From assembly GCA_001897475.1 (NCBI GenBank), contig MKSY01000014.1, positions 25,523-89,522 on the forward strand: DNA of 64,000 nt. The letters run 5' to 3'. Under the pieces are notes generated by a model that made no database searches, was not told where the DNA came from, and saw nothing but the letters and a program-made list of their open reading frames with translations. This DNA is from Alphaproteobacteria bacterium 43-37. GTDB lineage: Bacteria > Pseudomonadota > Alphaproteobacteria > 43-37. A program made the translations under genes and the position numbers. Shown here piece by piece: positions 47,584 to 55,896 of the stretch; positions within the stretch are counted from its first letter, which is position 1, and every line of letters begins with the position of its first letter.

Positions 47584-48915
47584 TTGTTTTCTTCAGTAAT
47601 ATGGGCGCTACCCTTTACCGGCATTATACTCTCTATGGCTATATGCCCACTGATTGCACCACGCTTATGGTCACAGCATTATGGCAAAATTATTGCCGCC
47701 TGGTGTTTTGGGCTTTTGGCCTTTGTTTTTATCATTAGTGGATGGAAACCAACTTTTTCCCTTAGCTTGCACTCTTTAAATGATCACTACCTTCCTTTCA
47801 TCATACTTGTAGCTGGCCTATATAGCATTGCAGGGGGAATCAAAATTAGGATCCAAACACCTGGAACCCCTCTTTCAAACACAATTTTCTTAGGGCTGGG
47901 CAGCCTACTTGCAAGCGTTCTTGGGACAACTGGTGCAGCCATGGTCTTAATTCGCCCGTTCATGGAGATGAATGCACATCGCAACATTCGCCGTCACCAA
48001 ATCATGTTCTTCATCTTTTCCGTTGCCAATATTGGGGGCAGCCTCACACCAATCGGCGATCCACCTTTATATATTGGCTTTTTGCAAGGAGTGCCATTTT
48101 TCTGGACAACGCTTCATTTATTATTTCCATTTCTAGCCATTTTCATACCGTTAATGATAATTTTTTACTGGGTAGATTTTTATTTTTACCGCAAGGAAGA
48201 TCCTATAACAGAGCGCTTTCATGGCGAATATGCACCAGCTTCTAAAGAAAGGCTCATTGAAATTGATGGTATACCAAATATCTTGGCTATACTCGGCGTA
48301 ATTGCCTTAGTAATCATCTCAAGCCTTTGGCCACAAAAGTTTGTCACCTGGTCTGATTGGACCGTTGGTGACGCCATTCGAAATATTGGCATCATCATCA
48401 TTGCGCTCTCATCTTACAAATTAACCTCTCCGTTAATTCGCATTGATAATAACTTTGATTGGCACCCTGTCCAGGAAATCGCCAAAATTTTTGCTGGTAT
48501 TTTTATCACTGTCACCCCTGTTATTGAAATGCTTAAGCTGGGTAACAATGGCCCATTTCATACCTTATCTGCTTTTTTGATGCCTAATGGAGCCCCAAAG
48601 AATAATGGCTTTTTCTGGATAGCTGGCGGGCTATCAGCTTGGCTTGATAACGCCCCAACCTATCTTGTTTTCTTTCACTTTGCTGGTGGTGATGCCGGAA
48701 CACTAACCACCACATTTGCTAAAACGCTCACAGCCATTTCTGCTGGGGCCGTTTTCATGGGCGCTTTGACATATATTGGGAATGCTCCAAATTTTATGAT
48801 CAAATCAATTGCCGAAGAAAGCGGCATAAAAATGCCTAGCTTTTTTGGTTATATAGCTTGGTCAGCGGTGATTCTATTGCCCCTACTTTGGCTGGTTAGC
48901 TTCTTTTTTTCCTAA
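47584..48915 (+). CDS. Polytopic membrane permease, ArsB/NhaD-like ion transporter superfamily (tentative)
   Basis: 443 aa, ~11-12 TM helices, internal repeat, GDPPLYIGF motif. The family assignment is by resemblance only. Confidence 0.35.
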   Translation: MFSSVIWALPFTGIILSMAICPLIAPRLWSQHYGKIIAAWCFGLLAFVFIISGWKPTFSLSLHSLNDHYLPFIILVAGLYSIAGGIKIRIQTPGTPLSNTIFLGLGSLLASVLGTTGAAMVLIRPFMEMNAHRNIRRHQIMFFIFSVANIGGSLTPIGDPPLYIGFLQGVPFFWTTLHLLFPFLAIFIPLMIIFYWVDFYFYRKEDPITERFHGEYAPASKERLIEIDGIPNILAILGVIALVIISSLWPQKFVTWSDWTVGDAIRNIGIIIIALSSYKLTSPLIRIDNNFDWHPVQEIAKIFAGIFITVTPVIEMLKLGNNGPFHTLSAFLMPNGAPKNNGFFWIAGGLSAWLDNAPTYLVFFHFAGGDAGTLTTTFAKTLTAISAGAVFMGALTYIGNAPNFMIKSIAEESGIKMPSFFGYIAWSAVILLPLLWLVSFFFS

Positions 48916-50426
48916 AGCTCACCTTTGGGTTGGCTATCTTGAGAAGAGCTTTTATGCTCAGCGTGATGCGGCACTTTAGCTAACATTTCTTGGGCTTTCC
49001 TAAGCTGTTTAAAATACACCCTCTTGGTATCTTCAATCACCACCCTCATGCCCATATCCTGTGCAGACTCTGGTACACTAGTGGTGGTGTTCCAATTCGC
49101 AAAATACTCATCAACCAATGATTGCATTGTTTCGAGAGTCACGATGCCATTTGAAGGATATTGCTTCATAAGAGTTGGAACAAAAGTATCTTTAAGATAC
49201 TTTTTACGATAATTATCATCAAAGCCCTCAAACTTGAGTGTATGTACCCGCTGTTCAAAAGCCTCGACAGGACTATCTTTTTTCATAATCCGGCTGTTAC
49301 CACTGTAAATGAACATCATATTGCCAATATCAATCTGGTTTTCCAAAAATTGATCTTTAACAGACCGCATTTCAGGATCATTGAGCGACAAGACAAAACC
49401 CAGCATTGGGCTTCCAGGAGTATTAAGCTCCCAGTCAGCATCGTCCAAGATAATAACAGGATTTAACACAGCCGTATCGATCAAGCATTGCGCCAACAAA
49501 CCAATATTAGTACTTGAACCCAGCAAATCTTCTACTTTTTTGCCTGACAAGTTGATGGTGCAAGACTTGCCACCAATTGCTCGAGCCAGAGCATTAGCCG
49601 CTTGGGTTTTACCAGTTCCTGGTTTTCCATAAAAATACAGTGAAACCTTTCGTCCAATGGTTGGGTCAGTATTTTGGCTTTGAATAACATGGCGGAAAGC
49701 AATATCTTTGAGATCTTCAATTAAATCTGGATTAAGACCTACGAGGCTATCTTCAAGCGTCTTAGGGTTATAGACTAAACTTGTCAGATTCTGAGGCATT
49801 TTCAAAACATTAAACATTTGTTTGACGCCGTTACTATCCTCCTTTTGACCTCTACGAACCAAAAACAAATGATTAGCTAATTTTTCACGTAAGACAGGTG
49901 GCAATTTATGCCATTGCCAAGCTAGGAGCACTTCATAATCTGATAAAAGATCTTCTTCAACAAATGGCTTACACGAAGCTTCAGGCAGTATGGATCCTCC
50001 AACTTTGCATATCCCTGTACCTATACCGGAAGCCACAAGGCGGATATTTTTTGAAAGCTTATTAGGCAACTCCATCGTCCAAGCTGATTGCGCTACAAAA
50101 AAGCTAAACGCTTGCCCAAACGCCTGATTCGCCGGCAATTGAAAAGTAACCCCAGCCACTACCATAAAAAACGCACACAACTCAGCTGTATCAGCGCCAA
50201 GCTTCAAAATGGCCCCATTAAATCTTTGGTTACGCAAAAAATCTTTAGCTTCATCAATTGAGCTTAGACTCTGTGGAGAAGCATAAAGTGATTGTGCACT
50301 GAGAAATTCGTATCGTTGATCATAATAAGGGCTATCTTGAGCGCCTTGCTTATCATTAGCATAAGCCCCCTCACTCAATGCCATTGCTAAAACAGACACA
50401 GCAATCCTAGTTGTTTTCTTGATCAT
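48912..50426 (-). CDS. Signal-peptide-bearing AAA+-like P-loop ATPase of unknown function (paralog 2)
   Basis: 504 aa. Signal peptide MIKKTTRIAVSVLAMALSEGAYA, hydrophobic Gly-rich mid-region, Walker A YFYGKPGTGKTQ, Walker B NPVIILDDAD, sensor-1-like IYSGNS. Same architecture as 23005..24483. Confidence 0.5.
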   Translation of the reverse strand: MIKKTTRIAVSVLAMALSEGAYANDKQGAQDSPYYDQRYEFLSAQSLYASPQSLSSIDEAKDFLRNQRFNGAILKLGADTAELCAFFMVVAGVTFQLPANQAFGQAFSFFVAQSAWTMELPNKLSKNIRLVASGIGTGICKVGGSILPEASCKPFVEEDLLSDYEVLLAWQWHKLPPVLREKLANHLFLVRRGQKEDSNGVKQMFNVLKMPQNLTSLVYNPKTLEDSLVGLNPDLIEDLKDIAFRHVIQSQNTDPTIGRKVSLYFYGKPGTGKTQAANALARAIGGKSCTINLSGKKVEDLLGSSTNIGLLAQCLIDTAVLNPVIILDDADWELNTPGSPMLGFVLSLNDPEMRSVKDQFLENQIDIGNMMFIYSGNSRIMKKDSPVEAFEQRVHTLKFEGFDDNYRKKYLKDTFVPTLMKQYPSNGIVTLETMQSLVDEYFANWNTTTSVPESAQDMGMRVVIEDTKRVYFKQLRKAQEMLAKVPHHAEHKSSSQDSQPKGEL

Positions 50427-50561
50427 AATTGTTTGCTCAGCCTAATGGTAAAAAACAAGCAATACACAAAGGTCAAAATATGTCCATCATTTTTTGGAAG
50501 CACACAACGCCTTGATTGCATATAGGGCAAGAATAGAATATACCATTAACTGCTTAGCGAT

Positions 50562-51551
50562 TTGTTAAATGTGGCACTTATGACAACACTTATCACCGGA
50601 GCAGCCGGTTTTATTGGTTACCATGCTTGTCTGACCCTTCTTAAAAAAGGCGAAGATGTGGTTGGGATTGATAGCCTCAATGACTACTATAGCCCTTTGT
50701 TAAAGCATGCTCGCCTAGAAAACTTAAAAAAATTCAAGCAGTTTTCCTTTCATCATTTAGCCATGGAAGATCATTCAGCGATTTTCAAAGTGATCCAAGA
50801 TCTTCCTTCTGATCTTAGTATCACCCATCTAGCAGCTCAGGCTGGTGTGCGTTATTCCCTCAAAGACCCTTATGCCTACACAACCTCAAATGTGGATGGG
50901 CACTTGAGCCTCTTGGAGGCTTGCCGGCATCATGGCCGCATTCGGCACTTGGTTTATGCCAGCACATCATCAGTGTATGGGGCTAACACAAAGCTTCCAT
51001 TCGCCGTAGAAGACCGCACTGACTCGCCCATCTCTTTATACGCCGCAACAAAAAAATGCGGAGAACTTATGAGTCATGCCTACGCTCACTTATTTGACAT
51101 TCCTACCACCGGCCTGCGATATTTTACGGTGTACGGGCCATGGGGCAGGCCTGATATGACGGCCTTTACATTCACAAAAGCTATTTTAGCTGGTGAAGTA
51201 ATAACTGTTTTTAACCACGGCGATATGCGGCGAAATTATACCTATATTGATGATATCATCGACGGCACACTTTTATGCCTTAACGCGCCACCCCAAGGCT
51301 CACCAAAACATGCGTTATACAACATTGGGCATTATCGCTCTGAATCCTTAATGGATTTTATTCATATACTGGAGGAAAAGCTGGGGAAAAAAGCCCTACT
51401 TCAGTTTGCTGATATTCAGCCAGGGGATGTCAAGGAAACAATAGCAGACATACGCCCCGCTCAAGATGATTTTGGGTATTCACCAAAGGTGGACCTTAAA
51501 GACGGACTTGAACAATTCTCACGTTGGTACCTGGAGCATTATTCATCATGA
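50562..51551 (+). CDS. NAD-dependent nucleotide-sugar epimerase (extended SDR; UDP-glucuronate/UDP-GlcNAc 4-epimerase-like)
   Basis: TGAAGFIGYH Rossmann motif, the catalytic S...YAATKK (YxxxK), and ~330 aa length. Confidence 0.8.
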   Translation: MLNVALMTTLITGAAGFIGYHACLTLLKKGEDVVGIDSLNDYYSPLLKHARLENLKKFKQFSFHHLAMEDHSAIFKVIQDLPSDLSITHLAAQAGVRYSLKDPYAYTTSNVDGHLSLLEACRHHGRIRHLVYASTSSVYGANTKLPFAVEDRTDSPISLYAATKKCGELMSHAYAHLFDIPTTGLRYFTVYGPWGRPDMTAFTFTKAILAGEVITVFNHGDMRRNYTYIDDIIDGTLLCLNAPPQGSPKHALYNIGHYRSESLMDFIHILEEKLGKKALLQFADIQPGDVKETIADIRPAQDDFGYSPKVDLKDGLEQFSRWYLEHYSS

Positions 51552-51880
51552 CAAACGTTATTTCAATTAACCCACTTGAAGCAAAATCTCTTCTAGATCA
51601 GAAAAAAGCCCTATTAGTGGATGTCCGCGAAGATAGTGAGTTTCAAGAAGAGCGTATATCTGGCTCTATTCATTTACCGCTAAGCTCCATGAAAATAGAC
51701 GATTTCCAAGCATTGCCCATTGTTGATGAGCAGATTCTCATTATCCATTGTCGCTCAGGAATGAGGTCTGCAAAAGCATGCGCACACCTTCAAGAAAACA
51801 ACTTTCATATTCAAGCAGTTAATTTAGCCGGCGGTATTGTAGCTTGGCAGCAGTCAGGTTTAAGTGTGGCTAAAGGTTGA
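51548..51880 (+). CDS. Rhodanese-domain sulfurtransferase
   Basis: 111 aa. Active-site loop IIHCRSGMRSAKA. ATGA overlap with the epimerase stop. Confidence 0.7.
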   Translation: MTNVISINPLEAKSLLDQKKALLVDVREDSEFQEERISGSIHLPLSSMKIDDFQALPIVDEQILIIHCRSGMRSAKACAHLQENNFHIQAVNLAGGIVAWQQSGLSVAKG

Positions 51881-51964
51881 TAATGCGCCGCATGAAACTC
51901 CAAATTTTTTAATATGAAAATGATAAAAATTTGACATCATTTTTCAATAGCCATATAGTAATAG

Positions 51965-52358
51965 GTGAGAGGGTCGGGCAGTTGCTACAGGAATTGCATT
52001 GAGCAGACTTAAGCTCCTGTAGAGGAAAGTCCGGGCTCCAGAGAGACAAGGTGCCGGGTAACGCCCGGCGAGGGTGACCTTAGGGAAAGTGCAACAGAAA
52101 ATATACCGCTTGGGCTCGTCTCAAGTAAGGGTGAAATGGTGCGGTAAGAGCGCACCGCACTGGCGGTAACGTTAGTGGCAGTGTAAACCCCACCTGGTGC
52201 AAGATCAAATAGGCGTATGGCGCTGCAACCAGCAGCAGGCAAGTCTCTCAGCCACATACGCGGGTAGATCGCTAAAGGTCCATAGCAATATGTACCTCAG
52301 ATGAATAGCTGCCGGCCTGAAAATGGCCACAGAACCCGGCTTACAGATCCTCTCAGTT
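51965..52358 (+). ncRNA. rnpB: RNase P RNA (bacterial type A)
   Basis: Universally conserved blocks read directly. GAGGAAAGTCCGGGCTCC (P4 5' strand), GCCGGGTAACGCCCGGC, AGTGCAACAGAAAA, GGTAAGGGTGAAATGGTGCGGTAAGAGCGCACC, GTAAACCCCACCTGGTGCAAG, ACAGAACCCGGCTTA (P4 3' strand). Ends pair as P1 (tgagagg / cctctca). Confidence 0.85.
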
Positions 52359-52483
52359 ACTAGCTCATACTAGCTCGTGATTTTTTGCAGATTATTTAAA
52401 ATGCTTAACATAAGTTCAGGAAAAGTGAGCTTCACATAAAACTTTATTCAAAAGCTTTTTGCACGCGGGCGCCCTGAATAAGG

Positions 52484-53731
52484 TTATCCTTGAACAATCA
52501 TGCACTCAAGGCCAGATTTTTTAACCTGAGAGCAACTTTGTTTGGCTTGCACTTGCGTCATGTTAACAAACTGTGCCTTATAAATTTTTTTACGTTTTCC
52601 TGCAGCAGCAACATGAGGCGTACGTTGTTTACGCGTTAATACAGTGATTTTTGATCCTGCTTTTCTGAGAGCTGCTTGAGCATCTTTTGCCCGACCAAAT
52701 GCACCCACCTGAATCCGCCACTTACTTTTTGTGGCTGAGGCTTTCATAACTGAAACTTTTTTGCCAGCAGTCGCTTTGGCCTTCTTAATTTCAACAGCTG
52801 GGGCAGCCTTTCTTTTCTTGCCCTGAGGCGATGATACATCCTGATCTGCCGCATCTATAAGGTCAGCAATTTGAACATATTGTGTTTTCATCAGCTTTGG
52901 TGCTTTTGTTCCCTCAACGCCAAACCCCCAAGATAACAATTGTTTCATGCGACGATCACGCCAATGCCGATTCTCTCCGCCAACAACAACGCCTATCAAC
53001 CTCTGATTACCATGCTTGGCTGACGCGGCAAGGTTAAATCCAGCAGCATTAGTAAAGCCAGTCTTAATACCATCGATCACAATGGGCCCATTTCCGTAAC
53101 CAATAACTTCTCCCAAGAGATGGTTATGATTTCGATGAGAAGCCCCTTGGTATGTAAAAACTTTGGTTGCAAAATGCCGGTAATAGCGCGGAAAATGCTT
53201 AATCAATGACTGAGAAAGGCGTGCCATATCGCGAGCTGTTGATACTTGCTGGCTGTTTGGCAATCCAGAGGCATTTCGAAAAATGGTTCGACTCATGCCA
53301 AGATGCCTTGCTTGACTCGTCATCGTCACCGCAAATTGCGCTTCTGTTCCGGCTAAAGTTTCAGCCAAAACAACAGAGGCATCATTGGCAGACTTTGTAA
53401 TCAACCCTAAGATAGCGTCTTGAACACTAATAGCTCGACCGGCTCGAAGCCCAAGCTTGCACGGCGCTTGATTGGCGGCATGCCTCGAGATAGGAAGCTT
53501 TTGATTTAAGGTTAACGTGCCATTTTCTAATGCCTGAAATGTTTTGTAGAGCGTCATCATTTTAGTCAAAGATGCTGGGGCAATAATTTTATCTGGGTTT
53601 TCCTGGTGAATAACACTCCCCGTTGCCGCATCCATTACGATAGCTGCATATTTGGCTTCAAGAGGCTGAGCCAACAAAAATAACCCCACGACAAAGATTA
53701 TGACCCGATTAATAACGCACCTTCTTGACAT
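52484..53731 (-). CDS. D-alanyl-D-alanine carboxypeptidase (PBP5/6 class) with C-terminal SPOR domain
   Basis: Signal peptide, SxxK active site ASLTK, SxN and KTG (GIKTGFT) motifs. C-terminal WRIQVGAFGRAKDAQAAL is SPOR-like. Confidence 0.75.
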   Translation of the reverse strand: MSRRCVINRVIIFVVGLFLLAQPLEAKYAAIVMDAATGSVIHQENPDKIIAPASLTKMMTLYKTFQALENGTLTLNQKLPISRHAANQAPCKLGLRAGRAISVQDAILGLITKSANDASVVLAETLAGTEAQFAVTMTSQARHLGMSRTIFRNASGLPNSQQVSTARDMARLSQSLIKHFPRYYRHFATKVFTYQGASHRNHNHLLGEVIGYGNGPIVIDGIKTGFTNAAGFNLAASAKHGNQRLIGVVVGGENRHWRDRRMKQLLSWGFGVEGTKAPKLMKTQYVQIADLIDAADQDVSSPQGKKRKAAPAVEIKKAKATAGKKVSVMKASATKSKWRIQVGAFGRAKDAQAALRKAGSKITVLTRKQRTPHVAAAGKRKKIYKAQFVNMTQVQAKQSCSQVKKSGLECMIVQG

Positions 53732-53947
53732 AAACCCTCCAAACCCCTCAGAAAGCAAGGGTATTGAACCACAATTTTCTCTTAAAACATAGTATAAATT
53801 TGCCTAAATTTATTGTTTCTCAGATATGGTTAATATTCCATTAAACACGGACGCATTTTGATAAAGCGCCGTTGTTAGTTTTGCTAGGCAAGATCAACGT
53901 GGTAAGCTATAGTCATGTCAAAACTAGTTACAGGGAGAAAATTAACT

Positions 53948-54937
53948 ATGAAGCGTTTCGCAAGCCTTCTCTTGGCAATGGGTTGCAGTTTGGTTTTAAC
54001 TCAACATGGTCATACTGCTGACTCCGCAACAACCACCCCATCACCTCAAACCAATTCATCCAATCTTGATTTGCACGCCAATATGATTAACGGCGATAGC
54101 AAACAAAAAGGCACAAAGACCACTTCTTCGGACACAGCAACCCTTAGCAGTGACAGCGTGAGCACACTCAAAGCAGCAACAAAAAAAGTTGACGGCTCGC
54201 TGGATAACTATGTCAAAACGCTTGATGACGCGACGAAGAACAACGCTGACGTCAAGAAAGCGCTTGAAACACTTAAGGCACTCCAAAGCCTTCGTACTCA
54301 AGCTCTTGATAAGTTATCGCAAACGCCCACACTTAAATCTTCGGATATTCAAAGTTTGCATAGCGCCGAAGATACAAATGCCGCCATTAGCGCACTCAAA
54401 GATGACAACGATGAACGCAAAAAAGCCAAAGCTGCTTTGTCAACAGCACTTGTGGATTTTAAAGACACCCTTGATAAAGCAACTCGCTCAATTACCAAGC
54501 AAGCTTCTTCGGCAACAACCGACCCAAAAGCTGCTGCGAAACAAAGCAATCATGATGCCATGGTCGACCATCATAACGAGTTAGCAGATCATATTGAAGC
54601 ACTTAGAAAACTACTTGAAGAAAAAGAAGACGTCACAAGTGATCATCATCATGCGCTAGAGTTTCTCGAAGAAGAGCATGAGAGAAGAGCAGCCATTCTT
54701 CAAAAGGCTCAATCTGAGAATAGGCCAATCACACAAGCTGAAGCGGCTGAGATCCAAAAGGCTAACAATAGCCTTCATGTCGCCCTAGGTTTACTCCCCC
54801 AAGACACACCTGAGGAACAAGCATTGAGTGACAAAATTATTGCGGCCCACTCAGATTTAGTTGATCAAGCTGACCATCATGAAGATTTGCATGCAACCGA
54901 TTCTTTGCCCTCTGCGGGTAACAGCTCAAGTAAATAA
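53948..54937 (+). CDS. Secreted low-complexity protein, Ser/Thr/Ala/Lys/Asp-rich with His-rich acidic C-terminal segment
   Basis: Start at the internal ATG 53948, which has a gggaga RBS. Signal peptide MKRFASLLLAMGCSLVLTQHGHTADS. Coiled-coil-like KALETLKALQSL repeats. HHNELADHIEALRKLLEEKEDVTSDHHHALEFLEEEHERR. Confidence 0.45.
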   Translation: MKRFASLLLAMGCSLVLTQHGHTADSATTTPSPQTNSSNLDLHANMINGDSKQKGTKTTSSDTATLSSDSVSTLKAATKKVDGSLDNYVKTLDDATKNNADVKKALETLKALQSLRTQALDKLSQTPTLKSSDIQSLHSAEDTNAAISALKDDNDERKKAKAALSTALVDFKDTLDKATRSITKQASSATTDPKAAAKQSNHDAMVDHHNELADHIEALRKLLEEKEDVTSDHHHALEFLEEEHERRAAILQKAQSENRPITQAEAAEIQKANNSLHVALGLLPQDTPEEQALSDKIIAAHSDLVDQADHHEDLHATDSLPSAGNSSSK

Positions 54938-54963
54938 ATAAGCTGCTTCCCATTCAAGATTGT

Positions 54964-54990
54964 GCCCCTCGACATGAGGGGCTTTTTTTG
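54964..54990 (+). terminator. Rho-independent terminator
   Basis: gcccctc-gacat-gaggggc followed by TTTTTTT. Confidence 0.75.
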
Positions 54991-55040
54991 TGATGGCACC
55001 ACCTTGATTACTCGCAATTGTGGTTCTTTTCTCATCTCTT

Positions 55041-55187
55041 CCTTGCACACCGCCCTTTGTCTTTCCCGCGCACCTCCTTTTGGCCACCCCGGATGCCTCC
55101 TTTTGTCTTTCCCGCGCACCTCCTTTTGGCCACCCCGCACACCCCTCTTTGTCTTTCCCACACTTGATGCGGAACCCAGGCTTTTAT
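55041..55187 (+). repeat. Dispersed composite intergenic repeat, copy D (left half, interrupted)
   Basis: 2 x 43-bp ccctttgtctttcccgcgcacctccttttggccaccccg units, then cacttgatgcggaacccaggcttttat. This is the same right-end module as copy B. Confidence 0.7.
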
Positions 55188-55548
55188 CACTGCTGTCCGG
55201 GGAAAATAGAAGAGGAAGATCATGAGAATGCCCAAGAGAGTTGTTTGGTTAGTATAGGTACAGTTTTGGGAGGTTTTAAGGTGGGCTGAGAAAAGAGGCT
55301 TGTTCTGATTAGCACGCTCACATCTTTGATTTTAAAGCTTTTGCGATAACGAATCGGCCTGGTGGTGCTCAACGATGGACTGAAACGAGCGACGCGGAAG
55401 GCTCTTTAAAAGTTGAACGAATATGCTAGATTGGTACACGGAGCTGCTCCTGTTCAAAATGAAGTTTTAACACCCTCATTTTAACAGCAATCAAAGAGCA
55501 GCTCTATCCTTTTTAACCCTCATACTCTATTTTCCCCGGACAGCAGTG
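55188..55548. mobile_element. MITE-like non-autonomous insertion (361 bp) with 22-bp terminal inverted repeats
   Basis: TIR-L cactgctgtccggggaaaatag (55188-55209) and TIR-R ctattttccccggacagcagtg (55527-55548) are exact reverse complements. Flanks gcttttat / gctttttat look like an 8-9-bp target-site duplication. The insertion splits a repeat-family header that is contiguous at 40480-40503. Confidence 0.5.
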
Positions 55549-55646
55549 AGGCTTTTTATGGCCCCCCGCTTTCGCGAGGGTGACAGGAAAAAGAGCGAGG
55601 GTGACAGGAAAAAGAGCGAGGGTGACAAGAAAAAGAGCGAGGGTGC
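55549..55646 (+). repeat. Dispersed composite intergenic repeat, copy E (right half: header plus 4 x 21-bp units)
   Basis: aggctttttatggccccccgctttcgcgagggtgacaggaaaaagagcgagggtgacaggaaaaagagcgagggtgacaagaaaaagagcgagggtgc. Confidence 0.75.
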
Positions 55647-55706
55647 TTCTATGAAGAGTGTCAAGCATAATTTGGGATGTTCCGCCATAATTCATTCTTT
55701 TTAATG

Positions 55707-55798
55707 AGGCCAATAGCGCAATAGGATGACGCTGAGGTAACATGGATGAAAACGAGGCCAATAGCGCAATAGGATGACACTAAGGTAACATGGATGAA
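55707..55798 (+). repeat. 2 x ~45-bp direct repeat upstream of the sulP-like transporter gene
   Basis: gaggccaatagcgcaataggatgacRctRaggtaacatggatgaa occurs at 55707-55750 and 55754-55798, separated by 3 nt, with 2 mismatches. Confidence 0.7.
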
Positions 55799-55896
55799 GC
55801 AGAACTCATTTATTTTCCAACAAAAAACCAACGCAGTCCCGTGACAAAACAACATTTTGTGACTAATATAATTTTTAATAAATCTTATATGGCGCA

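Noticed and set aside
52009-52257. 82-aa ORF on the minus strand
   Set aside because: It lies inside the RNase P RNA gene (rnpB), whose conserved structural blocks are unambiguous.
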